Shown one piece after another: positions 27,320 through 37,251 of a stretch of DNA of 49,832 nt. The position numbers and the translations under genes are program-made. This DNA comes from Lachnospiraceae bacterium (GTDB lineage Bacteria; Bacillota; Clostridia; Lachnospirales; Lachnospiraceae). How positions within the stretch are numbered: position 1 is the first letter of the stretch; every line of letters starts with the position of its first letter. The DNA lies in contig JAFYSG010000165.1 in NCBI GenBank assembly GCA_017559435.1, positions 1-49,832 on the forward strand, in the 5' to 3' direction. Under the pieces are notes generated by a model. That model saw only the letters and a list, made by a program, of their open reading frames with translations, was not told the DNA's origin and did not search any database.

Positions 27320-27976
27320 TTGAATAAAAAAAGGAAAGAGAAGAGAAGTATATTGCCCCAAGCGGCGGCAGGGGCGCTCTTGGCTGCGGTGATCGTATTC
27401 TGCATTATGCTGAATGTAGAAAAAAACGCCATGGCTGCTTATGAAAAAGGTAAGATTTTAGTGGCGTCAGGGGATATTGCCAAGGGTACTGTCCTGACTG
27501 CAGAGAATGCAGATGAGTATCTGGAAGAGAAAGAAATTGACAAAAACCTGATTCCGCAGGCTGCCATTGCAGATGCAGAACAGATCTATCAACAGATGAC
27601 AGTCCAAAAGCTGGACAAGGGAACTATGATAACAAAAGCAATGCTGCAGGATCTGGACAAGATGTTGCAGGATATGTCAGAACCGGTTGTTGCCGGCTTT
27701 AAAGCGGAAGATTTGTATCAGGTGGTAAGTGGTACGTTAAGAAGCGGGGATCGGATACATATCTATACAGTGGATTTGGATACCCGGAGTACTTATCTGG
27801 TATGGGAGAATATATTTATCAGAGAAGTTTTTGATGGCTCCGGAGTCATGATCGGAGCGGAAGATAAGGTGACTGCTGCTCAAAGAATTAATATTGTTAT
27901 GGAAAAGGAAAATGTGGAACAGTTTTATTCGGAGCTTGCTGCCGGGTCGTTGCGGGTAGTAAAGGTAATGGAGTAG
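27320..27976 (+). CDS. CpaB/RcpC-like SAF-domain protein
   Basis: TM then ILVASGDIAKGTVLT SAF motif; VSGTLRSGDRIHI RcpC-like motif. Confidence 0.8.
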   Translation: MNKKRKEKRSILPQAAAGALLAAVIVFCIMLNVEKNAMAAYEKGKILVASGDIAKGTVLTAENADEYLEEKEIDKNLIPQAAIADAEQIYQQMTVQKLDKGTMITKAMLQDLDKMLQDMSEPVVAGFKAEDLYQVVSGTLRSGDRIHIYTVDLDTRSTYLVWENIFIREVFDGSGVMIGAEDKVTAAQRINIVMEKENVEQFYSELAAGSLRVVKVME

Positions 27977-27985
27977 GAGGTCGGC

Positions 27986-28459
27986 ATGAGTCATAAAAAA
28001 TGGAAAACGATTATGATTCTTATGGCGTGTTTCTTTTTGGCTGCCTGTAGTAAAAAGCAAGAGGCAGTGGCACTGGATAGTATGTGTGGTGATGTCTGTG
28101 AAGAAAATGGGCATGACATGGAGGTGCAGTGGTATGGAGATCCGCCGGATTGCACGAAAGGCAGCTATCGTGCTGTGATATGCAAAGTATGTGGCCGGGT
28201 GGATGAAGCAGCATGCGGCAGCGTGAAGCCGCTGGGGCATGTTCCGCAGGCTAAGGAACTGGTACATGGCAATTGCAGGGAGGATACTATTATAGTCTAT
28301 ACCTGTACTGTGTGTGGGGAAGAAACCGGGTATGATAGGTATCCGGAAGCAGATGCACATGAATGGGTGTGGAAAGAGACTGTAGTATGGGATGAAGCGG
28401 CAATGTCATTTGTGAAAAATCAGGTAAAATGTTGTGAGAGATGCGGTATGCAGCCATAG
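27986..28459 (+). CDS. Cys/His-rich lipoprotein with repeated CxxC zinc-ribbon-like units
   Basis: Lipobox LAAC; CKVCG, CTVCG, CERCG with GH/HEW motifs. Confidence 0.7.
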   Translation: MSHKKWKTIMILMACFFLAACSKKQEAVALDSMCGDVCEENGHDMEVQWYGDPPDCTKGSYRAVICKVCGRVDEAACGSVKPLGHVPQAKELVHGNCREDTIIVYTCTVCGEETGYDRYPEADAHEWVWKETVVWDEAAMSFVKNQVKCCERCGMQP

Positions 28460-28467
28460 GAGGAAAT

Positions 28468-31400
28468 ATGCAGAAGAGAATAAGATATTTCATTCTTACA
28501 GTTGTAATAGTACTCTTGATGATAGTATGCTGTCCTTTGCTTTTGAAGACGGTCTATGCTCAATCAGTGTATGACAGTCCCTTTGTGACTTTTAGTCCGG
28601 ATGGTCAGGCCTTTACGACGAATGCTTTCGACCGGGAGGTAGAATGGTATGAATATGGGACAGTTGCAGACACCGGAGTGGAGTCATCCCTGCGGGGACT
28701 GCAGAAGGGGGAACACTATTATCGGGCGGCCAGATATGGGGGGCTTCCGGTGGGAGAGTGGAGGGTGGAATACAAATACAGTACCTGTTGTCATACATCC
28801 TATCCGCCTGCAGGAGTACCATATCATGGAATTTCATTTGGCAGGGAGACATGTAAAGCGTCGTATTATTCCGGTTGGGTTGCTTATTGTGCGGATTGTA
28901 ACGAAACGTTGTTGCCTTATTATGTTTATATGAGTCAAGAGGCTGCTGTCACCATAAAGGAGTTGGATTCTGCATTAGATTATTACTATTTATGTCCTTT
29001 TTGCAGCAATCTGGAGCAAGGTGTCAGTCTGGGGAAGCATTGGTGCAAGGAGATATCCTGGAACAGATATCAGGTTCGTTATGAAAGTAATGCCACAGAC
29101 TGGGTGGGCGGATACATGGAAAACAGTATTCACATGTATAATAATGCCACCATATTTGAAGGCCGGGAAGTGACGCCCATTGAGCGGCTTAGCAAGAATA
29201 TGTATACCAGGATAGGATATGAATTTGTGGGTTGGAATACGGAGGCGGATGGTTCCGGTCAAAGCTTTACAGATCGGGAGAAGATATTAAATCTTACGGA
29301 TGAGAATTATGATGAAATGGGCGGTGGAGTTGTGGTGTTGTATGCCCAATGGGAGAAGTCTGCCGGATTATTGAAGATCGATCCGGCAGGAGGGAGCTAT
29401 AAAGGGAATGCCGGAATCACAGAGATACCGGGAGAATACGGAGCGTCGTACCTATTGGATCTTTCAGAATTGACGCCGCCGGATGGTGCTAAAGTATCTT
29501 TTCAGACCAATGGAGGGCAAAGTATTGCGTCTATCACAGGTACAATGGTTTTTCGTGAATGGCTGTTAACGGACCCCTTTCTTGGCAGATTCAAGGATAA
29601 TGTATATTACTATACCGCAGGTTCCGGTTCCATAGATACGGTCACGGCACAATATGACAGGGAAGCGGTGATCTTACCGGCAACTGAAAAGTCAGGCAGC
29701 TCTTTTGGCGGTTGGTACTATGATTCTCAGTGTACGGTGCCTGCCGGAGGAGAAGGGGATCGTATCATTCCTCAACAAAATATGACATTGTATGCCAAAT
29801 GGGTGGATCTGGTGTTGGAGGCGCAGGATAATTATTCGGCAAACAGTGGAAAAGGTGCAGTCAATCTGACGTGGGCACAAAATGATGGACGAAGTAAGAC
29901 ATATATGATTTATCAGAGTACAGATAATAGTAACTGGATATTGGTATCGGATTCTGAAGATATCAGCAATAGTAACCGTGTGAGTCGTTCTTTTGCATAT
30001 ACGGGGAAGGAGCAGACATATGTGGTGCCTTATACCGGATTATATACATTGAGGGTAAATGGTGCCCAGGGAAAGGGCTGCGGTAATTACAGCGGCGGTT
30101 ATGGCGGAACTGTTGTAGGCAGGGTTTGGTTGGAAAAAGGAGAGAAGCTAACCTATAATATCGGAAGTCAGGATGGTTATAACGGAGGTGGCAGTGCAAC
30201 CGCTTTTGGAAACGGTGGCGGATGTACCACGGTAGCCAGCGATCTTAAGGGAATTTTAATCGTGGCAGGTGGCGGAGGGGGAGCTACCATGATTGCTAAT
30301 GGTGGTGCAGGAGGATCTGTTGCCAGCAACCTAAGTACCGGATATGATGGAGAAAGCGGAGGTGCCGGGGGTGGAGGCGGTTATCGTGGCGGCACGGCAG
30401 GTCAGGCGATCTATCACTATCATTCGGAGGACTGTTATGTGACCAAGGACACATCCTATACGGTAATGAGTTATCCGGATTATCTGTGCAGTTGGGCTCA
30501 AATACATAGTCAGCGCAATCTTTGTCATAGTTTATATGGTTCTTTTTACGGACAGAGCAAAAATATATGGGGTGTTGGAGGACACGGAAAAGACTATGAA
30601 ACAGCGGGTATGGATGTGAGCATCGGAGAGTATTTTAATGAGGATTGGACTAGCGCAAAGACATATATACCAACAGAAGAAAACAGTATCCTGAATATTC
30701 ATATAAGTGCGGATACCGGTGGAGGAGAAGGTATCTTTCATGATGGAAGTCTGATAGTATATGATCAAAATGAGCGGGTGATTTTTTATAAGACATTGAG
30801 TCAGGTTACCAGGTACACAGATGTCAATGGTTTTGATCAGTCCAGTATCAATAGCTTCCTGCAACTATTTGAAAGCAGGACCGGCGGACGTAAGGGCTTC
30901 AGTAGTGGATGGTACGGATATTATAATGGATTTAGCTCTACGGATTCTTCTATGATCTATTGGAATGAAACGGTGACACTTCCGGAGGGGACCACAGGAG
31001 TAAGGATTCGTATGATCAATGAGGTGGGAGAAAACCAGTGTTGGTTTAGCACTACTATAGAGGAGATTAGTTTTAGTGGGAGCAAAACGATCAAAGTCTG
31101 TGTCTATGATGAGGGGCAATTGGTCACAGCAAGACAGTCTTATGGGGGCAGCAGTTATGTCAACACAGAATATGTCACGGATTACACAAGGGAGGCGGGA
31201 AAACAAGCTGGTAATGGTTTCTTTTCCATTGAATCTCTGAAGATAGGATATCAGCAGGAACTGTTTTTGAAAGGGGTAAAAGCTCCGGATAAGGTGTCGC
31301 CGGATAAAGTGGAAGAGGGTAAGGTAACCAAGTGTGCTACAGGAGAAAGTTGCTTGTCTCTATCGTGGGAAGCACCCCCAGACAAAGGCACGGAATACTA

Positions 31401-32847
31401 TCATAGGGCAGAATCTTATTTATTGGGAAGTGCGGAGGTACTAAGTCATTCTAATGTGACCAAGAATACACTGATTTCCGGTGTGGCAGGATATTATTAT
31501 CTGGTGAATGGAACTGCAGACACCAATGTGAATAGTAATAACGGAAGAATGATACGTGAAAATGAGGTGAAGATTGAACTGACTGCGTCAAAACAGTATT
31601 TCCATGTGGCTGCGGTTGATAAGGCCGGAAATATCGGTGCTACCACTCATATTGAAATCGGGAAGTCTGATGAAGAGGTGGCGTGGCCGGTGATGACAGA
31701 AGTGCTTCGGATCAGTTCGGCTGATCATTCTATTTATCAGGCAGGAACAGATACTTATTATGTGAAATGTGATGGAAAGACACCATTCCGATTGGATTTT
31801 ACAGGGTTTATTCTTGGGCAGGCTACCCCTACTTATCAGGTAAATCATCTGATGTATTGTATGCAATTAGGTGGTGCTGCAGCGGTTACCCTGGATATCG
31901 TTACTCCCAATGTTTCTGTGATCACAGATAATATGGTTATTACCAATGCCACCGGGGTGACGAAAACACTTACAGGTAAATCGGAGTTGAAAGACGATTC
32001 TTATACAATCACCAGAAGAAGTAATGGTTGTAGGCGTTTGACCATAGAACAGCGATTTACCATGGATCCATCTATGAATGCAAAGAAAATGTGGGTAGTT
32101 CCTATGGCCGGTGCAGATTTTGAAGGAGAAATGATAACTTCTGATCCGGATACAGACAAGACCCACGGTCTGTGGCTGATCGGTGATAACGCGGCTCCGG
32201 TTATAGCAGGTGTGGAAGCCATGGAAAAGTTTGATGAAAAGGAAGTGATGAACGGAAAGCGTACCTTTACATTTCAGGCTATAGACGAAGGAAGTGGTGT
32301 CAGGGAGTTCTATGCAGTGGTCATAAACAGTGATACCGGAAGCCGGAAGGTGTATGAGGCAACAGGTTCAGAATTGGTCATGGCAGTTGATGCCAACGAT
32401 GAAGTTTTTCAAGGTGATTTTATAACAGAGTTTTATGCCGCAGACCGTGTGGGGAATGAACGAATTGTTAGTTATGTAAGTGAGAGCTTGGCATTGTCTG
32501 CCTATGTGGAACGTATCTTGGAGCCGCATAAGCCGGTATTTCGTTGTGTAGAAAGCGGTTCCTTAAATATTATCACTTATGGTTATCCGGACAAAGTTGA
32601 AGTGATTTTCCCGGAAGAAATGAGTGCTTTAGATGCACAGCTAAATACAGTGTTTGTGTATGATGGGCTGGCAAACCGACATGAGGAGGAATATATATTT
32701 ATGATACCTTTTCGGACACCACAAGGAGAATGGGAGATAACTGTAAAGGCATGGAAAGATGGCAAGGTGATAAGCAAAGCACCGATTATCTGGACATTGG
32801 GAGAGGATGAAACTATATTGGACGATTTACGCACGAGACTTCGATGA
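28468..32847 (+). CDS. Large secreted multidomain protein, putative pilus-associated adhesin
   Basis: Signal peptide; CxxC region; two Listeria-Bacteroides (InlB B)-type repeats (GYEFVGWN..LYAQW, FGGWY..LYAKW); Gly-rich domain; FN3/Ig-like repeats (AVDKAGN, AADRVGN). Confidence 0.75.
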   Translation: MQKRIRYFILTVVIVLLMIVCCPLLLKTVYAQSVYDSPFVTFSPDGQAFTTNAFDREVEWYEYGTVADTGVESSLRGLQKGEHYYRAARYGGLPVGEWRVEYKYSTCCHTSYPPAGVPYHGISFGRETCKASYYSGWVAYCADCNETLLPYYVYMSQEAAVTIKELDSALDYYYLCPFCSNLEQGVSLGKHWCKEISWNRYQVRYESNATDWVGGYMENSIHMYNNATIFEGREVTPIERLSKNMYTRIGYEFVGWNTEADGSGQSFTDREKILNLTDENYDEMGGGVVVLYAQWEKSAGLLKIDPAGGSYKGNAGITEIPGEYGASYLLDLSELTPPDGAKVSFQTNGGQSIASITGTMVFREWLLTDPFLGRFKDNVYYYTAGSGSIDTVTAQYDREAVILPATEKSGSSFGGWYYDSQCTVPAGGEGDRIIPQQNMTLYAKWVDLVLEAQDNYSANSGKGAVNLTWAQNDGRSKTYMIYQSTDNSNWILVSDSEDISNSNRVSRSFAYTGKEQTYVVPYTGLYTLRVNGAQGKGCGNYSGGYGGTVVGRVWLEKGEKLTYNIGSQDGYNGGGSATAFGNGGGCTTVASDLKGILIVAGGGGGATMIANGGAGGSVASNLSTGYDGESGGAGGGGGYRGGTAGQAIYHYHSEDCYVTKDTSYTVMSYPDYLCSWAQIHSQRNLCHSLYGSFYGQSKNIWGVGGHGKDYETAGMDVSIGEYFNEDWTSAKTYIPTEENSILNIHISADTGGGEGIFHDGSLIVYDQNERVIFYKTLSQVTRYTDVNGFDQSSINSFLQLFESRTGGRKGFSSGWYGYYNGFSSTDSSMIYWNETVTLPEGTTGVRIRMINEVGENQCWFSTTIEEISFSGSKTIKVCVYDEGQLVTARQSYGGSSYVNTEYVTDYTREAGKQAGNGFFSIESLKIGYQQELFLKGVKAPDKVSPDKVEEGKVTKCATGESCLSLSWEAPPDKGTEYYHRAESYLLGSAEVLSHSNVTKNTLISGVAGYYYLVNGTADTNVNSNNGRMIRENEVKIELTASKQYFHVAAVDKAGNIGATTHIEIGKSDEEVAWPVMTEVLRISSADHSIYQAGTDTYYVKCDGKTPFRLDFTGFILGQATPTYQVNHLMYCMQLGGAAAVTLDIVTPNVSVITDNMVITNATGVTKTLTGKSELKDDSYTITRRSNGCRRLTIEQRFTMDPSMNAKKMWVVPMAGADFEGEMITSDPDTDKTHGLWLIGDNAAPVIAGVEAMEKFDEKEVMNGKRTFTFQAIDEGSGVREFYAVVINSDTGSRKVYEATGSELVMAVDANDEVFQGDFITEFYAADRVGNERIVSYVSESLALSAYVERILEPHKPVFRCVESGSLNIITYGYPDKVEVIFPEEMSALDAQLNTVFVYDGLANRHEEEYIFMIPFRTPQGEWEITVKAWKDGKVISKAPIIWTLGEDETILDDLRTRLR

Positions 32848-32886
32848 AAAAAATAAAAGGAGAAGGAGAATTAGGAGAAGAAAAGG

Positions 32887-33486
32887 ATGTTGGCAGGAAG
32901 CATTTGTCTTGAAATTGGTATGTTTGCGGATTGGTGTCTTCGTTGGATTTTGAGACAAGATATCAACACGGAACTTACATTAGATTCAGCTGTTTATAAG
33001 AAAATCCTATTTTATTCTGCTGTTGTTGGAGGCTGGATTGAGATGTTTTTAAGTCATTGGGGATGTTATGGGCAGCTTGCATGCGGTGTATTGGCTGCCT
33101 ATCTTCTGGTGGCTGCGATACAGGATGATCAGACTTATGAAGTGTATGACTTTCTGCATATTCTGGCAGTGCCCACCGGCGTAGTTTTTATTGTGGTTTC
33201 GCCTTCCGAGGAAAAAATCATCTCGTTGGCAATTTTTGCAGTCATTCAATTAGGAATATTTATGCGAATGTATGGGGCGGGTGATGGACTGGTGTTTCTG
33301 GTATGTGCTGTTTATGAAAGCAGATTTGGGAAAGGACTTAGCACATATTTGTTGCATATGGCAGCTGTATTTGTGGCGCTTTTTGTTGTGCAGGGGGTCA
33401 GACGTAACATCAATAAGAAAGGGAATTTGAAGAAACCGGTGGCACTTGTACCGTACATAGCGGCTACGGTGTGGTTCTTTCTTTGA
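32887..33486 (+). CDS. A24-family prepilin peptidase (TadV/CpaA-like)
   Basis: Multi-TM; AIQDDQTYEV first Asp; YGAGDG second Asp; C-terminal VALVPYI. Confidence 0.8.
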   Translation: MLAGSICLEIGMFADWCLRWILRQDINTELTLDSAVYKKILFYSAVVGGWIEMFLSHWGCYGQLACGVLAAYLLVAAIQDDQTYEVYDFLHILAVPTGVVFIVVSPSEEKIISLAIFAVIQLGIFMRMYGAGDGLVFLVCAVYESRFGKGLSTYLLHMAAVFVALFVVQGVRRNINKKGNLKKPVALVPYIAATVWFFL

Positions 33487-33541
33487 TAGAGTGTCTGTTA
33501 ATGTGGACAGAGTCTGAGTCATAACGGCGGTATAACAAAAT

Positions 33542-33581
33542 AAAAGGTCTTCCATGCATCAGTGTACATAGAAGACCTTTA
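33542..33581. terminator. Terminator between Tad operon and ABC transporter
   Basis: aaaggtcttc/gaagaccttt stem. Confidence 0.65.
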
Positions 33582-33603
33582 TAGACAAGGTTAATATCAT
33601 TGC

Positions 33604-34434
33604 TTACAGCACCTTAGACAAGAACTCCTTTAATCGGGGATTCTTAGGGTTGCCAAAGAATTCTGCAGGTGAACCACTTTCCAGAATCTGTCCTTCATCA
33701 ATGAAGAGTACGCGATTGGCAACCTCACGGGCAAAGCCCATTTCGTGGGTGACGATGATCATAGTCATACCCTCTTTTGCCAGAGCCTTCATCAGATCCA
33801 GTACTTCACCCACCATTTCCGGGTCTAATGCACTGGTAGGTTCATCAAACAAGATGACCTCCGGATTCATTGCCAGAGCACGGATGATAGCCACGCGTTG
33901 CTTCTGTCCGCCGGAGAGGGTGGAAGGATAGACGTCTGCTTTATCCTCCAGTCCGATCCGCTTTAAGAGAGAAAGGGCATTTTGGTGTGCTTCTTTCTTG
34001 ATCTGGGCCTTGCTGGTGGTTATAGGTACAAGGCTTTGTTTCTTGTCAGCTTTTTTAAAGAGGTTTAAAAAGGTGATCCGGGCGTTGGTGCGTTTGGCGT
34101 TCTTTAGGTCCTGACACTGAACAAATACCGGAGCCAGCATAATGTTCTGAATAACTGTTTTGTTGTTAAACAAATTGAAATGCTGGAATACCATACCCAT
34201 CTTTCTTCTGTGGATGTTAATATTCACCTTGAAATCAGTAATATCAACACCGTGAAAGATAATCTGGCCGCCGGTAGGATCTTCCATACAATTTAAACAG
34301 CGCAGGAAGGTACTTTTACCGGAACCTGAAGGACCGATGATGCACATGATATCGCCTTTGTCAATCTGCACATCAATGCCTTTTAAGACCTGTACATCGC
34401 CGAAGCTTTTCTGGAGATTAATTACGTCTATCAC
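33604..34434 (-). CDS. Polar amino acid ABC transporter ATP-binding protein (GlnQ-like)
   Basis: [45 protein letters not shown]. Confidence 0.93.
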   Translation of the reverse strand: MIDVINLQKSFGDVQVLKGIDVQIDKGDIMCIIGPSGSGKSTFLRCLNCMEDPTGGQIIFHGVDITDFKVNINIHRRKMGMVFQHFNLFNNKTVIQNIMLAPVFVQCQDLKNAKRTNARITFLNLFKKADKKQSLVPITTSKAQIKKEAHQNALSLLKRIGLEDKADVYPSTLSGGQKQRVAIIRALAMNPEVILFDEPTSALDPEMVGEVLDLMKALAKEGMTMIIVTHEMGFAREVANRVLFIDEGQILESGSPAEFFGNPKNPRLKEFLSKVL

Positions 34435-35128
34435 TTTTCCTCAGGCTCCTTTCCATGATTTTGATACCGAGACTGATGATCAGTACCAGTAGGATGTATA
34501 TGATTGCCATTACAAGATAAGGAACCATAAATTCATAGCTGTTTGAACCAATCAGGTTAAAGGCCAGATAAAGGTCAGCCGTTCCCACAAAGCTGACAAC
34601 GGAGGTCTCCTTGACCAGTGTAATGAACTCATTGCCAAGTGTGGGAAGGATGTTCTTCACTGCCTGGGGAATTACGATACGCAGCATCGTGGTCCAGTAA
34701 CCCAGACCCACTGCACGACCGGCTTCCATCTGTCCGGTATCCACAGAGAGAATACCGCTTCGCATGATCTCTGATATGTAGGCGCCGGAATTTAAACCAA
34801 ATACCAGCACAGATACCTGCAGACCGGAAACGCGCATGCCCATCAGTGGCAGCAGTACATAGTAAAATACCAACAGCTGTACCACAATGGGGGTACCACG
34901 GAACATGCTTACATAAAAACCACAGATTCCATTGAGAATCCTGGGAAGCAGTTTATATTTCGGAATCACTCTGACAGTGGCAATGACAGTACCGATCAGA
35001 ATACCAATGATCAGACCCACTACCGCAATAATCAGTGTATTCCGAAGACCTTCCAGGACTCTGGTATAACCGTTTTGATGAATAAAAATGTTTATAAAAT
35101 TTTCAACCTTCAGGCTAAAATTACCCAT
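34418..35128 (-). CDS. Polar amino acid ABC transporter permease
   Basis: [38 protein letters not shown]. Confidence 0.93.
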   Translation of the reverse strand: MGNFSLKVENFINIFIHQNGYTRVLEGLRNTLIIAVVGLIIGILIGTVIATVRVIPKYKLLPRILNGICGFYVSMFRGTPIVVQLLVFYYVLLPLMGMRVSGLQVSVLVFGLNSGAYISEIMRSGILSVDTGQMEAGRAVGLGYWTTMLRIVIPQAVKNILPTLGNEFITLVKETSVVSFVGTADLYLAFNLIGSNSYEFMVPYLVMAIIYILLVLIISLGIKIMERSLRKSDRRN

Positions 35129-35150
35129 GAAAACCTCTTTTTTAACAAGA

Positions 35151-36008
35151 TTACTTCTGCAGTGCGTTGATGGATTCTGTGATGAACGCAGCAGGAGCGG
35201 AGTCAATAATTACATAGTTAATGTTACCGTTTAATAAGTCCTGAACAGCCAGAGAACCATTCTTGTAACCAACTGTTGTTACAGGGAAACCTGCAAATCC
35301 CCAGCCTTCATCGCCTTCGCTGTAGAACTGACCTGTGGTACCGTTCTGAACACCAACTTTGGAAGACTTATCTTTTTGGTTGAGAATTGCTTCTATAGAA
35401 GCAGCATCTGCACAGTTGTCAAACTCAGTATTGGTGGAAGGAACGATCAGCTTCTGGGATGCAGTGTAGTAGGAATCACTGAAGGTTACATACTCTTTAC
35501 GCTCTTCGTTAATGGTGAGCCCTGCCATGGCGATATCGCATTTCTGCTGACCTACAGCCAAACAAACAGCATCGAAGTCCATGTTCTGGATAACCAGTTC
35601 TTTGTTCAGATGTTTGGCAAGTAAAGCAGCGATTTCCATGTCAATACCAAGGTAGGTGTTGCTGTCACCACCGCCGGTAAATTCAAAGGGCTCAAAAGCT
35701 GCATTGGTAGCCACAACAAGTTGATCCTTATTAGTATCCAGTGCTGCAGAGGTGACCGGAACAGGGGTACCATCACCAAAGTAACGGGTACAGATTTCTT
35801 CAAATGTGCCGTCTTCCTTGATCTGTTTGATAAAAGCGTTTACTTGTTTCAACAGCTCAGGCTGTGTTTTATCTACACCAAAGGCATATTCTTCGTTGGT
35901 AAGTTCGATTTCGATTACTTTTGCTGTAGTTGGTTCCTTGGCACCGCATCCTGTAAGAACAGAAGCTGCCATAATGAGTAATAATACAAGAGCAACTAAT
36001 TTTTTCAT
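35151..36008 (-). CDS. Amino acid ABC transporter substrate-binding lipoprotein (family 3), circularly permuted
   Basis: Lipobox LTGC; ATNAAFEPFEF, GIDMEI, TINEERK, FSDSYY, GVQNGTTG; AGGAGG SD before 36008. Confidence 0.88.
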   Translation of the reverse strand: MKKLVALVLLLIMAASVLTGCGAKEPTTAKVIEIELTNEEYAFGVDKTQPELLKQVNAFIKQIKEDGTFEEICTRYFGDGTPVPVTSAALDTNKDQLVVATNAAFEPFEFTGGGDSNTYLGIDMEIAALLAKHLNKELVIQNMDFDAVCLAVGQQKCDIAMAGLTINEERKEYVTFSDSYYTASQKLIVPSTNTEFDNCADAASIEAILNQKDKSSKVGVQNGTTGQFYSEGDEGWGFAGFPVTTVGYKNGSLAVQDLLNGNINYVIIDSAPAAFITESINALQK

Positions 36009-36162
36009 ATCTTTCCTCCTTGTTTGTTGCATTTTCTTTATCATACGTGCATAATATATCATTTTATTTCCAAAAAAGCAATGATATATTTGATTTTTTC
36101 CTATAAAAATGTTATGATTATCGCGTCTTCAGAAATTTTGAGAAGCAATGGGAGGAATAACT

Positions 36163-37218
36163 ATGAAATGGGAGTGTAATGTACGCAAGGTAATTCCCTA
36201 TGTGGCAGGGGAGCAGCCGAATCGCCCTAATATGATTAAATTAAATACAAACGAGTGCCCATATCCGCCGGCACCGGGAGTGGAGAATGTGTTAAAGGAG
36301 TTGGGTGCTGATGCACTTCGTCTTTACCCGGATCCCAATACGACAGGTCTTGTGAATGCACTGGCAGAGTACTATCGCGTTGATCCGGAGCAGGTGTTTG
36401 TGGGAGTGGGCTCGGATGATGTGTTATCAATGGCATTTTTGACATTTTTTAATGCAGAGAACCCCATTTTGTTTCCGGATATTACTTACTCTTTTTATGA
36501 TGTCTGGGCAGAATTATACCGAATTCCTTATAAGACTTGCGCTTTGGATGATGAATGGCACATCGTACCCAAGGATTATATGCAGCCCAATGGCGGTATC
36601 ATTATTCCCAATCCCAATGCACCTACCGGTGTGATGGAATCGTTGGAGACTATAGAGGAGATTCTTCAGGCAAATCCGGATGTAGTGGTGATCATTGATG
36701 AAGCTTATGTGGATTTTGGTGGCGTCAGTGTGCTGCCATTAGTTGAAAAGTATGAGAATCTGTTGGTGGTACAGACCTTTTCTAAGTCCAGAGCCATGGC
36801 AGGAATGAGGATTGGTTTTGCCATCGGCAGTAAAAAGCTGATTAAATATTTAAATGATGCAAAGTTTTCCTTCAACTCCTACACCATGAACTATCCTTCT
36901 CAGAAGGTGGGAGTAGAGGCGGTAAAGGATGAAGTATATTTCCGTGCTACGGTGCAGAAGATCATAAAAACCAGAGAACGGGTGAAGAAGGAACTTGCCG
37001 ATCTGGGATTTACGTTCCCGGATTCTATGGCTAATTTTATCTTTGCTTCTCACAAGACAGTGGCAGCCAAGGATATTTTTACAGCCCTTAGAGAACAAGA
37101 TATTTATGTGCGTTACTGGAACAAGCCCCGCATCAACAATTCACTGCGTATTACCATAGGAACTGATGAAGAAATGGATCGTTTGTTAGAATTTTTAAAA
37201 GAATTTCTGGCAAGATAA
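36163..37218 (+). CDS. hisC: Histidinol-phosphate aminotransferase
   Basis: KLNTNECPY, YPD, GSDD, NPNAPTG, DEAY, TFSK..AGMRIG. Confidence 0.93.
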   Translation: MKWECNVRKVIPYVAGEQPNRPNMIKLNTNECPYPPAPGVENVLKELGADALRLYPDPNTTGLVNALAEYYRVDPEQVFVGVGSDDVLSMAFLTFFNAENPILFPDITYSFYDVWAELYRIPYKTCALDDEWHIVPKDYMQPNGGIIIPNPNAPTGVMESLETIEEILQANPDVVVIIDEAYVDFGGVSVLPLVEKYENLLVVQTFSKSRAMAGMRIGFAIGSKKLIKYLNDAKFSFNSYTMNYPSQKVGVEAVKDEVYFRATVQKIIKTRERVKKELADLGFTFPDSMANFIFASHKTVAAKDIFTALREQDIYVRYWNKPRINNSLRITIGTDEEMDRLLEFLKEFLAR

Positions 37219-37251
37219 AAGTAGCGATGATTGAAAGGTTGAACGATTAAT

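Noticed and set aside
27737-28360. 207-aa minus-strand ORF in the Tad operon
   Set aside because: Antisense to two well-supported + strand genes
28468-32847. Adhesin as a DGR target or phase-variable gene
   Set aside because: No reverse transcriptase, template repeat, invertase or long simple-sequence tract seen in the window
20860-33486. Tad region as an ICE or prophage
   Set aside because: No integrase, relaxase, VirB4/VirD4, phage genes or att-like repeats seen
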